The notes below the pieces were generated by a model, which did no database searches, was not told the DNA's origin, and saw nothing but the letters and a program-made list of their open reading frames with translations. A stretch of DNA of 60,169 bases, filler included, from Sphacelaria rigidula (Eukaryota): NCBI GenBank assembly GCA_964200075.2. It is 9 parts of 9 records of this genome, joined end to end, with 100 filler letters (N's around TTAATTAATTAA, not from the genome) between each part and the next. Parts side by side here need not be neighbours in the genome. Positions count along the whole stretch, not along the records: positions 6,698 to 13,294 come from CAXNAA020019147.1; positions 13,395 to 19,991 come from CAXNAA020019148.1; positions 20,092 to 26,688 come from CAXNAA020019149.1; 6 more parts are not named here. One strand, written 5' to 3'. How positions within the stretch are numbered: position 1 is the first letter of the stretch; the number at the start of each line of letters is the position of its first letter. Below are positions 10,621-23,100 of this stretch, in pieces. A program made the translations under genes and the position numbers.

Positions 10621-12377
10621 TTACATTAGTGTAAACAGACAACGTGCAACACAAGTGAACCATCTACGCTTACAAGGCTATCATCCAAAGACTAGCGGGA
10701 TTGTCACAGGCTGGATTTTCATAACTGAAGGCGGCAACTACCGGAAGTGCTTCTGTGGAGACGTGTATCCAACGTACACGTACTGTTGTGCGTGGCAGCG
10801 TGTTCATCTCTCCGCATGCTGGGGGTATAGATAATATCAATGCCAAACATGGTGATCAAAGGACAGAGAGGACGGGTTCTGGGTCGTGCCAAGGAAATGA
10901 AAGTAGCACAATGGGTCATGTGGGGAAATATATATCGCGGTTGATCACTTTCGCACGAACAAAATACATATAAAACGTGAAACGATGACACACTGCGCAG
11001 AAACAAGACAATAACATGACATAAGCGATGCAGCAAACGCGCATAGACAGCTACTCAGGAACAGTCCGTGCCCAACCACCAAAATAATTCCCATACACCG
11101 TAGCTCGTTAAATAGGTGTGCCTGATAAGGTAGGTCCTCCACCCTACCCAACCCCAGTACTGTACAGTATAGTACCCCAGTAGAGGACAGCCTTCTGGGT
11201 GACCCGATACCACCGTGCATTGCGGTCCTGCCCCGTTTACAGCGGCACTTGCTCTCGGCTGCAAAACCAAAACTAGATTTGGAGTCAAACACACTACTGC
11301 CCGATCAGTGAAGAATTAATACGGCACAATGACAACACAACAGCCCTGTCGTGTTCTGCTCCACCTCTCGACAAGGTTTTGCCCAGGTAAAGATCACGCA
11401 GGAATTCGTGAGGGCAACACGAGGACACCACCTGGTGGTAGCACGACTTCCATAGCATTTTGCGCAACACCAGTGAGCTATGAAAGCGAGACAGAGCGTG
11501 CATTCCCGAAATTCAGATCTTACTCCACGTTTGACTTACCTTTATAGTTTGCGTTAGGGCAAATTAACTTCCTTACTGCCTCCTCGTGTGTGCGCTACGC
11601 TCCTCGAGAAACGGTTTGCTCTCTCGAGATCTCCGCAACAAAATACAACTTTAAACTTTGGGTTATTTTCCATGAGATTGTTTCGAGTATGGCAATAGCG
11701 AATGCGGCGCGTGGAATCTCAGGCGAGGATTCAAACGCTCGCTGGGCTTGGGGGCTTGCTACACGCTGCACCTCCATCTCTCGGTGAGTGTTGGCATGGG
11801 TTCACACAGGAAAATAAAGCGAAAGCGGTAGGCTACTACCATTGGTTTTCAAGACTTGTCCTGGCTTGAGATGAGGGGTGTCATCAACCCATGATTTCGT
11901 ACTCCGACGTGCGGCTGCGACTCTCGCATTGAGGCCGGGTCGTCTTGTCCGCTCTCGACTGCTGATGCTGACAGTCGGCCCGGGCCACGCCGTTGTGGTG
12001 GGCATATCATTGTGTCCCTTTAATAATTTCGAGATTTCCCAATGACTTTTATTTCATTTTAGGCGAGAGCACATACGAAGGGCAGCTCCATGCAACTACT
12101 GGACAGGAAATGCCATGCGGTGAACTGGGTCCGGCTTTCCCACGACAAAGCTAAGGCCGCATGCCATGAAGCATCAGCGTTCGCAACTTATCCGGTCGTC
12201 TTTTCTGATCAAGCTGTTGCTGTGCCTAGCCCGAGAGACGTTCAACACTGAACGCTGCACCCTGGCTTGTTGGTGTCGAAACTCCAACTGTACTCTCCTG
12301 TACTTTTTTGCTCCGCGGTCTGTGTGTTGTCTTGGTCTGCTGTAGATTGTTGAGCAGGGGACGGAAAATCTGAAAAT

Positions 12378-12458
12378 ATGGCGAAGGGAGGACCGGATCT
12401 GAAGCGCTACATGGACAAGAACTTGGCTCTCAAACTCAATGGAAACCGAATGGTGAAG
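12378..12458 (+). CDS. SNRPG: Small nuclear ribonucleoprotein G (SmG), first coding exon
   Basis: MAKGGPDLKRYMDKNLALKLNGNRMVK matches SmG (PELKKFMDKKLSLKLNG.R.V). Donor AAG|GTAAGC. Too short for the ORF track. An upstream polypyrimidine tract and TAG near 12346 suggest a 5'UTR intron. Confidence 0.93.
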
Positions 12459-12722
12459 GTAAGCCTTACAATGTGCAAACCAAGGGGAGAAGTGGGATGA
12501 CATTCTTTGCGTTCGAGAGAGTGGAGTCCCGTGTAGCCCCCTCGAAACTCGAAACTCTGTGCTCCTGTTGGAAAACGAGGTTTGATCCCGTACACACCCT
12601 GGAGAAGAGATTTCGTTGACAAAAAGCATACTGGATACAGGGTCGAATATTTCCTCTACTTCAGTATTCTCACCTTCATACGAGCTGGGTCAGCCGAGAA
12701 GCGATTCTGCAGTTTGCAGGCA

Positions 12723-12986
12723 CATTATACGGCCAATACTTGGAGCTGGACCCTGAAATTTGATATGGACAATGAGTAGGGCATAATAAAAAAAATACTG
12801 GCGTACACAAGAGTTTTTTTTTCTTCATGAGTTAGGGGCATTTTACCGATATCTGAAAAATAATTGTTGCCCTTAACTCATGAAAAAAAAAAATCCCTTG
12901 TGTACGCCAGTAATGTTCTGTATCATGCCCTACTCATTGTCCACACCAAATTTCAGGGTCCAACTCCAAGTATTGCCCGTATAATG
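12723..12986. repeat. Long inverted repeat (foldback/MITE-like), ~118-bp arms, ~27-nt loop, in the SmG intron
   Basis: CATTATACGGCCAATACTTGGAGCTGGACCCTGAAATTTG...GAGTTAGGGGCA pairs with TGCCCTTAACTC...CAAATTTCAGGGTCCAACTCCAAGTATTGCCCGTATAATG. Confidence 0.92.
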
Positions 12987-13789
12987 GACCGTTTAGTGAC
13001 AGGGTCAGAAGAAATTCGAAACAATATTTTGCAGGCCATTTACCGGCCCACGTTTGTGTATTGAAACTTTGCGTGGGGCGCAGCTAGGGCATAATCAACA
13101 GAAGAAAGTGGGTCAGGTTGATTTTTTCAATTTTTACACTGGTTTAGCGCGTTCTACTATGATAAATCACATTTCACGAAAACGCCCCAACCTCTATGAA
13201 AAAAAAAAGGAAGGCCCATTTTTATTTAATTCAGCACTCTTTTGTGGTTCTCCACACCCAAATTCGTCGCCATCCGCTAAATGCATCGATCAGGNNNNNN
13301 NNNNNNNNNNNNNNNNNNNNNNNNNNNNNNNNNNNNNNTTAATTAATTAANNNNNNNNNNNNNNNNNNNNNNNNNNNNNNNNNNNNNNNNNNNNGTTCAG
13401 GCTGCATGAAGCGCCTCATATTGGCGACATTGGCTAGAACAAACCCAAGCGTGGGAATTCTCAGCTTCTCCTTGTGCTCGACTTTTCCCATTTAAAATTA
13501 CGTGGAGATTTTGCCTCCCAAAACCATGCACTTCTTGTGGGGGGGCTATCGTAGAAAGTGTGCCCCCAACCGGCCAAAAAAGTGCACGGAGGCGATGATC
13601 ATTAATGCCGTTAAAGCTGGTTTCGTGCTGCACGACGCGACTTATTTGGGCGTATCAGCTAATTTCGTACTGCTCCACGCCTCTCATGTGGGCGAAATTT
13701 CTGCAAACGAGCCCAATAGTGGGATCGCAGCTCTTTTGTCGCACCGTCTCACGTGCACTTTTGTGGGGAGCCTATCTCGGCATGAGTCG

Positions 13790-14668
13790 GAGGTGCTTCA
13801 TCCAGTCTGAACCAGCTATCACGCCTTGTATGGTCGCTTTCTTCCCGGTAGAGTTGGGAACTGGTATCGGGGTGGGCTGCGTCGCTGCATCGAGCAGCGT
13901 GGTTGCGACACGTTTTTTTTTTAATGGAGAACCCGCAGATGAGGACAAATGTGGGGGTACTTGGGGAACATCGCTCGAAACGAAACATGTAGGATAGTAC
14001 TCAGGGGTACTGTAGTACATCTTTTCCCTGTTCAGAATCGAAGTTTTCTTGCTTGAATGGTTTATACCCGTTACAATGAGCGACTGCTTTCCAACGAAAC
14101 CATCCGTCCCTTTCGGACTTTCCCTGCGCGCTCATCGTAACCCCCACAGTTGTCACAAACCATATCTGAAAGGAGTGTGCCAGCACCTTCGCTAGGCAGT
14201 TCAGACCCCCTTTGAAACCTAGAGGAGATGTAATTTCGAAAAGCCATACAATTGACCCTGAGAATACTACTGTACTGCATTATCAGGAGGGTTTCGCAGG
14301 CAACAGGCTCGCCAACCCGGTGGCGGGAGCTGCTACGGCAGTGTGCAATAATAGATGTAGTCATGTCTCTCCCGAACATCTCCTCCTGCGAAATGCTGAG
14401 CACTACTGCAAGTAAGTGATAAAGCACATCTTCTGGATATATATAAATATAGTTATGCAAAGGTACGAAAATGACGGAGATGGAGGGTGGCTGTATGTGC
14501 TGGGTTTTTCGCTACCTCATCTGCGGCTTCTCCATAAAAAAAAAACGTGTCGCAACCACGCTGCCCGATGCAACGACGCAGCCCACCCCGATACCAGTTC
14601 CCAACTCTGCCAGGAAGAAAGCGACCATACAAGGCGTGATAGCTAGTTCAGACTGGATGAAGCACCTC
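13790..14668. repeat. ~155-bp inverted duplication (13790-13944 / 14515-14668) around a 570-bp spacer
   Basis: The arms are near reverse complements. The ORF track shows the same peptide (KKKRVATTL.DA.TQPTPIPVPNS..KKATIQGVIA.SDWMKHL) on both strands. Confidence 0.92.
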
Positions 14669-15229
14669 CCATGGGCGCTACTGGCGAAACAACCTCAAGC
14701 GTGGGAGTTTCCGCCATCTCATTGTGTGTGTGTTCAGTTTTGGTTTTGTCGTTTCACCCAACGGACTGTATTTTCCCCCGGAGCTACCAGGAGATTAGTA
14801 GACGTTAAAGAGGTGCGGTAGCTCACGCCCTTGTCTGCACAGCAGGCGAGAACTTCGCTGCTACATTTTCCGTGCTCTTCACTTCGAAAATATGCATGCT
14901 CGCAAACGGCTAGCACCATACTTGCGTCAGCGGCAGTTGCGCGACGGGGACATCGCCTTGCTTGTTACGTGTCCTGTAGCGCTCAGAGGCACGTTCTGTT
15001 AAAAGAATGCCGCGCTATGACGGTGGTTTTTCTTTTGAACTGCTCATCATGCTTGGGCTTCCGTATAGAAACTTCTGGGTTAGGGTTATTACATGGCCGA
15101 AACTGCTGGCGTATCCCGAGCATATTGGACGAAACAAATGAAATTTCGATGACGACTTCGGCCTCTCCCAAATGATGAAGCTCAAATTCGATTCCATGCT
15201 GTTTCTCTCTGAATCTCAGCCCCAAGTCC

Positions 15230-15410
15230 CCACTATAGAGCTTACACTATAGAGCTGCGGAGCCGTTCTGGCTCGATTGAACACTGGCTACAGTACAGGT
15301 TTCCGGACCGTTCCTACAATCTCACTAGCTCCTACCGGACTGGTTGACTACATGCCTGAGAATCTGTGTACGGCATCTATATCAAATACGTATTGTACAC
15401 GCTCCCCCAT
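15230..15410 (-). mobile_element. Candidate PPT and start of the 3' LTR of the Copia relic
   Basis: Minus strand GGGGGAGCG is followed by TGTACAATAC (TG at 15399). No matching 5' LTR is seen in the contig, and the distal boundary is a guess. Confidence 0.35.
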
Positions 15411-18400
15411 GATCGTACAGCGGTACTACCAGAGAGCTGATACGATCACACCCAACGTGCTAGATACAAGACAAACGAATAGTTCCATCGAATGCCATTG
15501 GAGCCACGTAGTGGACCTGGACCCTCCGGACTCATCTCGACTTCCGCCGCCTTTTGCGTTTTGACATCCTTTGTCGAGAACGGCGACTTGAACGTGTGTT
15601 GGCTTTGTACGAGGGTGTCCCTTAGTGGCATGCATCCCGCACCTTCCGATGGTTCCTCCATCGCCTTTATCGCTTTCTTTGCCGCGGGCTGTTTCATTGC
15701 TTCTTGGTCAAGGGAAGAATCGCCCGCGCTCGGCACGCATTTATTCTCGAGCTTCGCCTCTTTCGTTATCGCCCAGCGTCTCCTTTAGTTCGGTGACTCA
15801 GCCCTGTTCATGCCCTTCTCCGCTCGAGAAGGCTCGATCCCCTAGTCCGATCTATTTCCCCTTCCTTGTTCGCGGTGCCTCCGTATTTGGGTCTTCGGAG
15901 CGATCGTCCGCGCTTTGCGTCGCATGAGTTACAGGCGACGCCGGTGGCACCCATAGTCTCAGCGGTTCACCGGCCTCTCGGCTCTGAGGCTCGTTGTCCT
16001 TACGTTGGATTTCCTCTTCCATAGCCACTTCCCGTCTGTCAGCATCAGATCCTGCCAGGGAATCTTTCGCTGTCGACGGTTACTGTGATTTAGTGACGAT
16101 TCCGCTCCCGAGCATGTAGAATGCGCCTTTGTTCTCATCTTGTAGAAGGGTGGCGAGGAAATTTCGTCATCAGAACTGCTGTCGTCGGAACTCCTAAAGC
16201 GTTGCTGTGCGTTGTCCCCTCGATTTCGTTGCGTCAGTTGACTGGGCCTGCGCAGTCCACTGTCCGGAGAAGAGCGCTTCGATGATGTCGGGTCCTGTGG
16301 CGGCTGTCCACCCGGGCCATCATCGCCGCCGATTGGTGCTGCGTGGTCTTTTTCCGATTGTTCGTCCTCGTCGTCCCTCATTTCGGCAGCCTTCAGCTCC
16401 CCCACGATGTCTAGGTTTCTTGGCCTCTGGTTCAAACGTGGTTTATGAAGACTTAACGAGCTTTGATTCCTGCATCAGCCATACATACCAGCAGCGAGAG
16501 TGCCGATCGTGCCCTACCAAGATGCCCTGCTTCGCATATGGGTGGGACTTTGAAGCGACGCTGCGCTGCTGCTTGTGCTGATACACGAAACACTCGGATC
16601 ACCAAGTACAAAGCCGGTCGTAGTTGAAAGGCTTTCCTGTCAGCCTCTCACATGAAGTCTCGTCCCCCAGGTACTCGTGGGGCATCCCTGCGGTCTTGAA
16701 TACCGCGTCCGCCACAGCGAAGAACCAGCAGTCCTCTCCGCGTCCCGCTTCCATCAATTGGCTGCGTGCCATCTTCATCAGTTGCTGAAGTGCACCTTCA
16801 GTAGTTCCATTACTTTGCGGTGCCCTTGCCGGTGAGCAGCGCCACTTGACGCCACGATTGGTCAGCATGCGTTGAAAATTGATTGACCGTCCAAGTTCCC
16901 CACCGCCATCTCCGCTGATGCATTTGATGGCTACTCCCTCACGGGCCATTTCGTCGATATAGGCTCCCGTGGCGTCGGTGGCAGCTGTTGGAAATTTGTA
17001 CAGCCAGCAATCTAGCTGTTTATCTTCTGTGTGTGAGTTTTTACTCTGTAGCAAATTTTGCGTGACAATATGCTCTGGTTCAACTAGGAGCCACTCAATA
17101 TTGACCAAGGGTTCAAGTACTGCTCTTCATGTGGATACTTGAGCTCAATATCCTGTCAGAATTGCCACGTAAGCTTGTAGAATAAGGCAGTGTGCTGCCA
17201 ATGTTTGAGAGTGTCGTAGCTTGAATAAGAATCCAGTCTGTAAGCTGGCAAACCAACACGTCAGAGTCAAGGACGCGTTTTAGTCTACGTACGTGTAGAG
17301 CTTTGTTTTTTGTTCCGAGGATTGAGCAATTATGGTAGTCGGTGGTTCTCACTGCCCTCTATGATCACTCTCCTTCCACTACCATCAGTTCTCCGTCTTG
17401 AGAGGAAACTGCGAGTTCTGCTTTTCTTGGCCAAATAAAGAGCCCAATCAGTCATTTGTCTCACTGATTTTATTCTGAAGCTGCGGAAGCAAGTGGTCTA
17501 ATCAACCACGGTGCAACCTCTGTGTATTACTGTTCGCTGAACGGTAGTTGGCCTGTCGTAAGGACAGTGCTACGAACACGAATTATTCCAACAGCAGCAT
17601 CTATCTCGTGTCTTGAGTCCAGCAACGTGCTTGTCTCAACTGGATTCGTCCGCGAAAACCTGAAATTATTTCATACCCGTGACATCGGCGTGGAAAGGCC
17701 CTTCAAGGTCAGTGTGCACAACTTCACCTGGTGTTTTGTGACAAATGTCGCCGCGGCTGTAGCTGAGTGCCTCGGACTTTGCATTCCTAGCAGACGCTGC
17801 AACGCATCTCAGACGCCACCGTGGTATCAGTGACATCGATCAGCCCACGCTTCTCGAGGTGTTTTATGGCAGCGGGATCGATGTGTCCTAATAAAGAGTC
17901 GTGCCACTGCTTCAGAGTGAGGCGCTGTTTCTTGTTTGCGAACGAAGCGTGCGCCGACGCCACATGTTTGGCATCCCCCTGCAGCGATGCCGACAGGGTC
18001 AGGAACCCTCTATTCTCGGCTCGGGAGATCTTAGGTCCATCGTTTCTGAACCGAAGGTAGCTCTCGTTCCTGCCAGAATCCACGAATTCTCCTCTGTGAC
18101 GCCGAATCGTTCCGACACTAAACAGCCGGTAAGGTACTCAGTCCAGGGACCCAAAGTACATCCTTCAGTGTGACCTTTGCCGGAGCCTCCTTTCCCCGAC
18201 CGCCTACGTGCAATGAAATCTATCATGTGGACATTCGCTCCCGAGTCACAGAGAATCGACACCTCTGTGTCACTGTTGGTCGACGTGCACACGGGTACTA
18301 CTCGCTCATGTTCGACTATCACGTTCATCGTAATGAATGCCCTCGGTCTGTCTCTTCTCCTATTACTTCTGCTGTTTTGTGGAGGAGGTGGGGACGTTAG

Positions 18401-19300
18401 TGCGGGGCGCATCCCCGGCGGTCGTCGAGCCGGAGGTTGCCGTTAAGGTAGGAGCGACACTCCCGCCACCTATGATTTCGCTTTAAACAGCAGGCGCATT
18501 GATTACTATCAGTCCCGCGTCGGTTTTGGTGCCGTCGGTTCTCGATTGCAACGCCACTGCCTCATCGCGGCGTTCCATGTCAGACGTCAGGTATGCTGAC
18601 AATATCACTACTGACCGCCCGTTTTAGCTCATCGTGCGTCATACCTGGCTGGGTTGTAAGCTGGATAAATACTTGTGGAAGCGCCCGCCTCCTCGATCCC
18701 GAGTGAAAGGACCGCCCTCTTGGTCTCGTCGGCTTAGGCATTTTCAAGCGCTTTGAATTCCCCCAAGATGGTGTCCAGCTTCACCATAGAATCTGCTGAT
18801 TCTTCTGCAGAATTGCGTTGGGATTCCGCAATCTTCGTTTCAATCCAAGATGCGTCACAAGCCGCCCGTCCTGTGCACGTCCTGCGTAGATCCGTTCCTT
18901 CTCCAGCCAGGTTTCCCTGCCGTCAGGGTTGCTGCCGTGCTCGCATCGTGCGACGATGGCTGCGACTGACCCTTTCGTAGCCTGTGCCAGGAGGAGCCAT
19001 AAGGACTGTATATTGCGCTGGTGCGTTTTGCACGCCCTACGCTGATCGAGTGTTGTGGTCGCTGTCGGAACGGCCGGTGTGGTGTACTCCGGTCGCAGCA
19101 GGGTATAGCCCGTTCCTGCCTGCGTATCCAACGATGGAAAGTTTCCATGCGTCCCATGTTTCTCGCGAGTGCCCACGACCGCCCGTCCAGACTGCGATCT
19201 TGGGTGGGTCTGCCTCCATACTCCTCGAGGCTCATAAACCTGTGCATTTGTGAGGTGTTTGGTGTGGCCGTGGCGTACTTCCTCGCAGTGCACCGTTTTT
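15400..19300 (-). mobile_element. Degenerate Ty1/Copia LTR retrotransposon (gag, protease, GAG-pre-integrase, integrase; RT/RNaseH not recognisable)
   Basis: Copia domain order on the minus strand: gag (LWLLLAQATKG..DGRETW), zinc knuckle CACCLKRNHRWREC (18457-18498), protease ILCDSGANVHM, QWHDSLLGH..CSVC, VHTDLEGP, rve core IKCISGDGGGE..PQSNG, SH3-like GILVGHD. Many stops and frameshifts. Confidence 0.93.
16986..17593. mobile_element. Solo LTR (608 bp) nested in the Copia integrase
   Basis: Termini TGTTGGAA...TTCCAACA, with a perfect 5-bp TSD GCAGC at 16981-16985 and 17594-17598. It separates integrase segments GLKTRD and AATDATGAYIDEM. Confidence 0.92.
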
Positions 19301-19499
19301 TAGCGCAGCAAGGCAGTTAGTTGCCACGAGGAATCTTGATGGGTTGAGCAGATGGCGTACCCGAGTGGGGCGCTGCATCACCGTGCTCTTCATTATTCAT
19401 TAAGACGTCACCCGCTGGTGTGCAGCTCTATCTGAAACTTCCACACCGTGGACAATATAATATGTAGCAGTGGATCCCAGAAAATGGGGTTCATACGAA

Positions 19500-19900
19500 A
19501 AATGAGGTTGGAGTGGCATTTCTCTTTTGCAGGAATGACGCGAAATACTTGCCACCGAGCAAAGTCATCTTCCCCCCCAATTGTCCGTAGCAGTTGAGCA
19601 GCTGTGGCTAGGTGCACCTTACGAATGCGGTGTACACGCGTGTCGATGACGATATCACCAGAGAAAAGCAACGACAGAGAGGAAGCTCCTGGCCTGTGTC
19701 CTTTGTGTGTCCTCGGTCGGCGATTACCAATATCTCGAGAAACTGGCATCATCGATGTTATTGTACCAGCATGTGCCCAATTTTCCATGTGCCAGAACAC
19801 CGACGTGCGGAGAGATTCCGTCTATTCTTGCCTGTCGCCAACGCGAAGATCGATTCCTCTCTGCCTCTCGTTTTGGACAGGCCGCGCCTCTGTGCGCTGA
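19500..19900 (-). pseudogene. Possible non-LTR reverse transcriptase relic
   Basis: KGHRPGASSLSLLFSGDIVID followed ~25 aa later by GGEDDFA resembles GVRQG..LSPLLF..VID ... YADD. Confidence 0.3.
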
Positions 19901-22122
19901 AACACATGTCGTTGAAAAATAGGGCAATGTTCCCGTCGCCGCTACTGCTGTCCTCCGTCACACACATGCCAGCGAGGGGCGGTGCTGTGGCNNNNNNNNN
20001 NNNNNNNNNNNNNNNNNNNNNNNNNNNNNNNNNNNTTAATTAATTAANNNNNNNNNNNNNNNNNNNNNNNNNNNNNNNNNNNNNNNNNNNNCCCCCCCCC
20101 GATAAACTCGAATTGGATTATGACAATGGATACGGCGACCTACAGCGGAGTCTGCATGGCATGCCCAACAGTCAGTCCGGTGACGCTCAATATATTTTTC
20201 ATTGATTGATTTATTTTATTGAACTGCACTGTACCGTAGAAAAGAGTCATGTGTGTGTAGGTGCGGGAAGGTATGCGGTTGGCGATAGAATAAGATGAAA
20301 ACTAAACCACGACTCGAAAAAATACGTTTCAACTTTTATTGTCAACTAACTGTATCATCTGTCGTTTTTTGTGTTTCCTCTGCCGCTCTCCCATCTATCT
20401 GCCCTTGTTCCCATCGCCCCGCTGCATGACCCACCGGGGGAATCTGTTCCATGTGACTGCGGGCTGATGCGGGCCAATTGTTCGCTTTTTATATTCCCGG
20501 TTCTATCTGCCCGCATTCCAGCGAAACGGGTACTCAAGCCCGACCAATGGCGAAAGGTAATCTTACCGCATATATCCGACCGACTTTGGTCGTTGTGAAA
20601 GATTGATGACGCGGCTCCACGCCTAGGTCCAAAGGTGCATTGCACACCTAGCTTGAGGGATTGGGGTTGGATAGACCAGTGAAGCTTTGTTGGATTGCCC
20701 GGTGCCTTGGAGTTGTGTGGTACGGTTGTAGCAATGTTAGTGTTGAAGTATGACCCCTAGGACGCGCCAAAGACCCCCCACTTCGTAGATATGCATTCCG
20801 AGAGACGCCCCCCCCCCCCCCCCCCGAATTGAATTATCTGTTGGCTTCAATGACATGGACGATATGCAAACAGTGGTATTATCGTATTCGGTCATGTATC
20901 ATAGCTGTACAATACAGTGAACCTCATTTTTTGCAGTGTATAAGCTACACATATCTCCCCCCACGGAACGTTGCTGCATGTAGATGATTGATTTTTGCAC
21001 AAGATGTCCTCATGACCAGAAAGAAGAACGTTCTTGCGAAGGAGTGTTTGTGACTTCCCTTGTTTTTTTGCGTCAGCTAGTTCCCCCCCGTCGTGCTCCG
21101 TCCCGCAAATGATGCGTAGTTAATGGTTGAACGACTAAGGCAAGCAACAAATGAGTGCGCCCCCCCCCCCCCCCCCACCCCCCCCCCCCCCCACCCCCCC
21201 CCCCCCCACCCCCCCAACCCCCCCGCACGCGCCAGGACGACAGANNNNNNNNNNAACCACTGCGTGCCCCCCCCCCCCCCCCCCGACCCCTCGTCGGCGC
21301 ATCACGATGCAATGGATTCGAAGGAAAGCTCATACGCTAACTGTAGAGAAGAACACGTTCCTGACACCCGTGGAATTACGTAATTCCAGTTCCCTAGTCA
21401 TCATCCATCAGAGGTATTCCCCACGACTAACAGCTCGCTGTCTATCAATAGCTATCCTGTCTGCAAAAGAGGAATCTCACTCTCTCGAAGACTATCAAAT
21501 CTGTCTGTGCTACATTCTCCATCTACCAATGTAAACTCTACAATCACGTGTAGCACCGGCACAGCGGTCGCGGTAGTCAGTCCCCATTGGGACCTGCTGT
21601 CTTACTTCGACCGAAAATATTCTTCCCATCACTCTGGGCTGATGTAAGCACTGAGATTGAGCGTGAAGTGCCGAGAGTCGTCATTTTAGTCTGAAGACAT
21701 AGGTGTAGTGGTGATCTGCGTACCGCATTTTTTTGTCACGTCCATCTATCCGGATGATGTATCCTATTCGAAAACAGCGGCAACGCGACTCTGGCGGACT
21801 CTAGTTCGGCGGCAGAGGCGACGGTGTCCCATAAAAGTCCGCACGGGACAGTGTACCCTTTTTACACGTGTTCCCCATTTACATCTTATGTCTGTTGAAT
21901 GTCATCGCCCCGAAATCGTTTGGTACATTAGGCAGTAGCGAGAAAACGGTGGCTATGCTAGGAGATAGATGATGGCCACAGACGGCGAAACAGGAAGGGG
22001 ATAAGATATGTATATGATTTTGTGTAATGTATGGAAAAACGCAATGAGCGCCCAAATGTGGGAGGTGTCACTATTAAGAGTAGGAGCGGTGCTCTGTCTT
22101 GAAAGAGATGCGTGATCAATGG

Positions 22123-22594
22123 TGTAAAGCACGCACTTTACTGCGTAAGCTAGGCAGTCAGGTTTACCACTTTGTTCTTTGCTTGCGTTTTTTTTTGTGT
22201 GGTAAACCGTGATGGTGGTCGAGGTAGATCATATTGTGCGGGGTGGGAGAACCTGAACTCCGCGCAAGGGGGGAAGATCTTACTATGTAGTGTTGAAAGG
22301 CTGAGACAGACATGCATGAGGCAGTGTAACCCGAAGTGATGATACCAGAAAATGAAGCAACCCAATGGAGGCTGTCATCCATGTGCCAGATACTCCGTAC
22401 GCTTCGGGCCGAATAAACTAAACAAGATGCATGTCGCCCCTCATGCGACTCGCCGAGCACATGACGGCACTTGGCGCTTGGTGATCGATTGCGAGCTTAG
22501 TCCGGCTAAACCCGGCGTGCTCCGTCCCGGCTGTGTGTGGATGCGAAGTCATAGGTGTTATGACAACGTCATGCAGAATCACGAGTACACCCCC
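22123..22594 (+). repeat. Dispersed repeat family B (~470 bp)
   Basis: Body CTGCGTAAGCTA..TAGATCATATTGTGC..GAGAACCT.AACTCCGCGCA.., ending GTGCTCCGTCCCGGC..GAGTACACCCC. Copies at ~52505-52987 (+), ~53640-54120 (-), ~54165-54650 (-). Terminal fragments at 4721-4771, 32053-32078, 33232-33257, 46540-46670, 46879-46967, 47332-47418, 53575-53630. Confidence 0.9.
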
Positions 22595-22903
22595 GCCGGG
22601 GCGACGTAGGCAACAAACCTAGCACAGGTACTCGCCTAGACTGTGTCCTACTAATATTCGGAATTTTGTTCGCTTTGCTGCGTGCCCCCCCCTCTGCTCT
22701 ATTGCATCCTCTTGTGAGGCGCGATCCGCATCATATCCCCCTGAAATTGATAACCCTGGCGCGTTCGCTGCTGGGATACACTCGTCTGTGGACGATGAAG
22801 TGGTGAGGGCTGGTCCCTTGTGTCAGTATCAAAACCCAATCTCATCCATTTGTTATATATATATATATTGCCGTACAACGCGTATGTGTGGTATTAATAA
22901 CAG

Positions 22904-23100
22904 GTTGAGAGAGCTTGGGATGGTCTCATCGATAACAGGAAAGAAATCGTTGTGACGGCCTACAACGACATGGTATCCCGTAAATCGATGTGCACCCTCG
23001 CCCGCGGCGAATGGCTCGGGGACGAAGTTGTCAACATGTACATGAAAATCTTGCAGGCACGCAATCGAGAGGCCGTGGCCAACGGGAAGCCGGTGCCGAG
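22904..23100 (+). CDS. Ulp1/SENP-family (peptidase C48) SUMO protease, exon
   Basis: VERAWDG...VSRKSMCTLARGEWLGDEVVNMYMKILQARN matches the L....WLNDE.IN.Y motif. CAG acceptor, AG|GTGAGA donor. Confidence 0.9.

Noticed and set aside
21160..21290. Pro-rich / Gly-rich ORFs
   Set aside because: Translations of poly-C runs around a 10-N gap; low-quality sequence.
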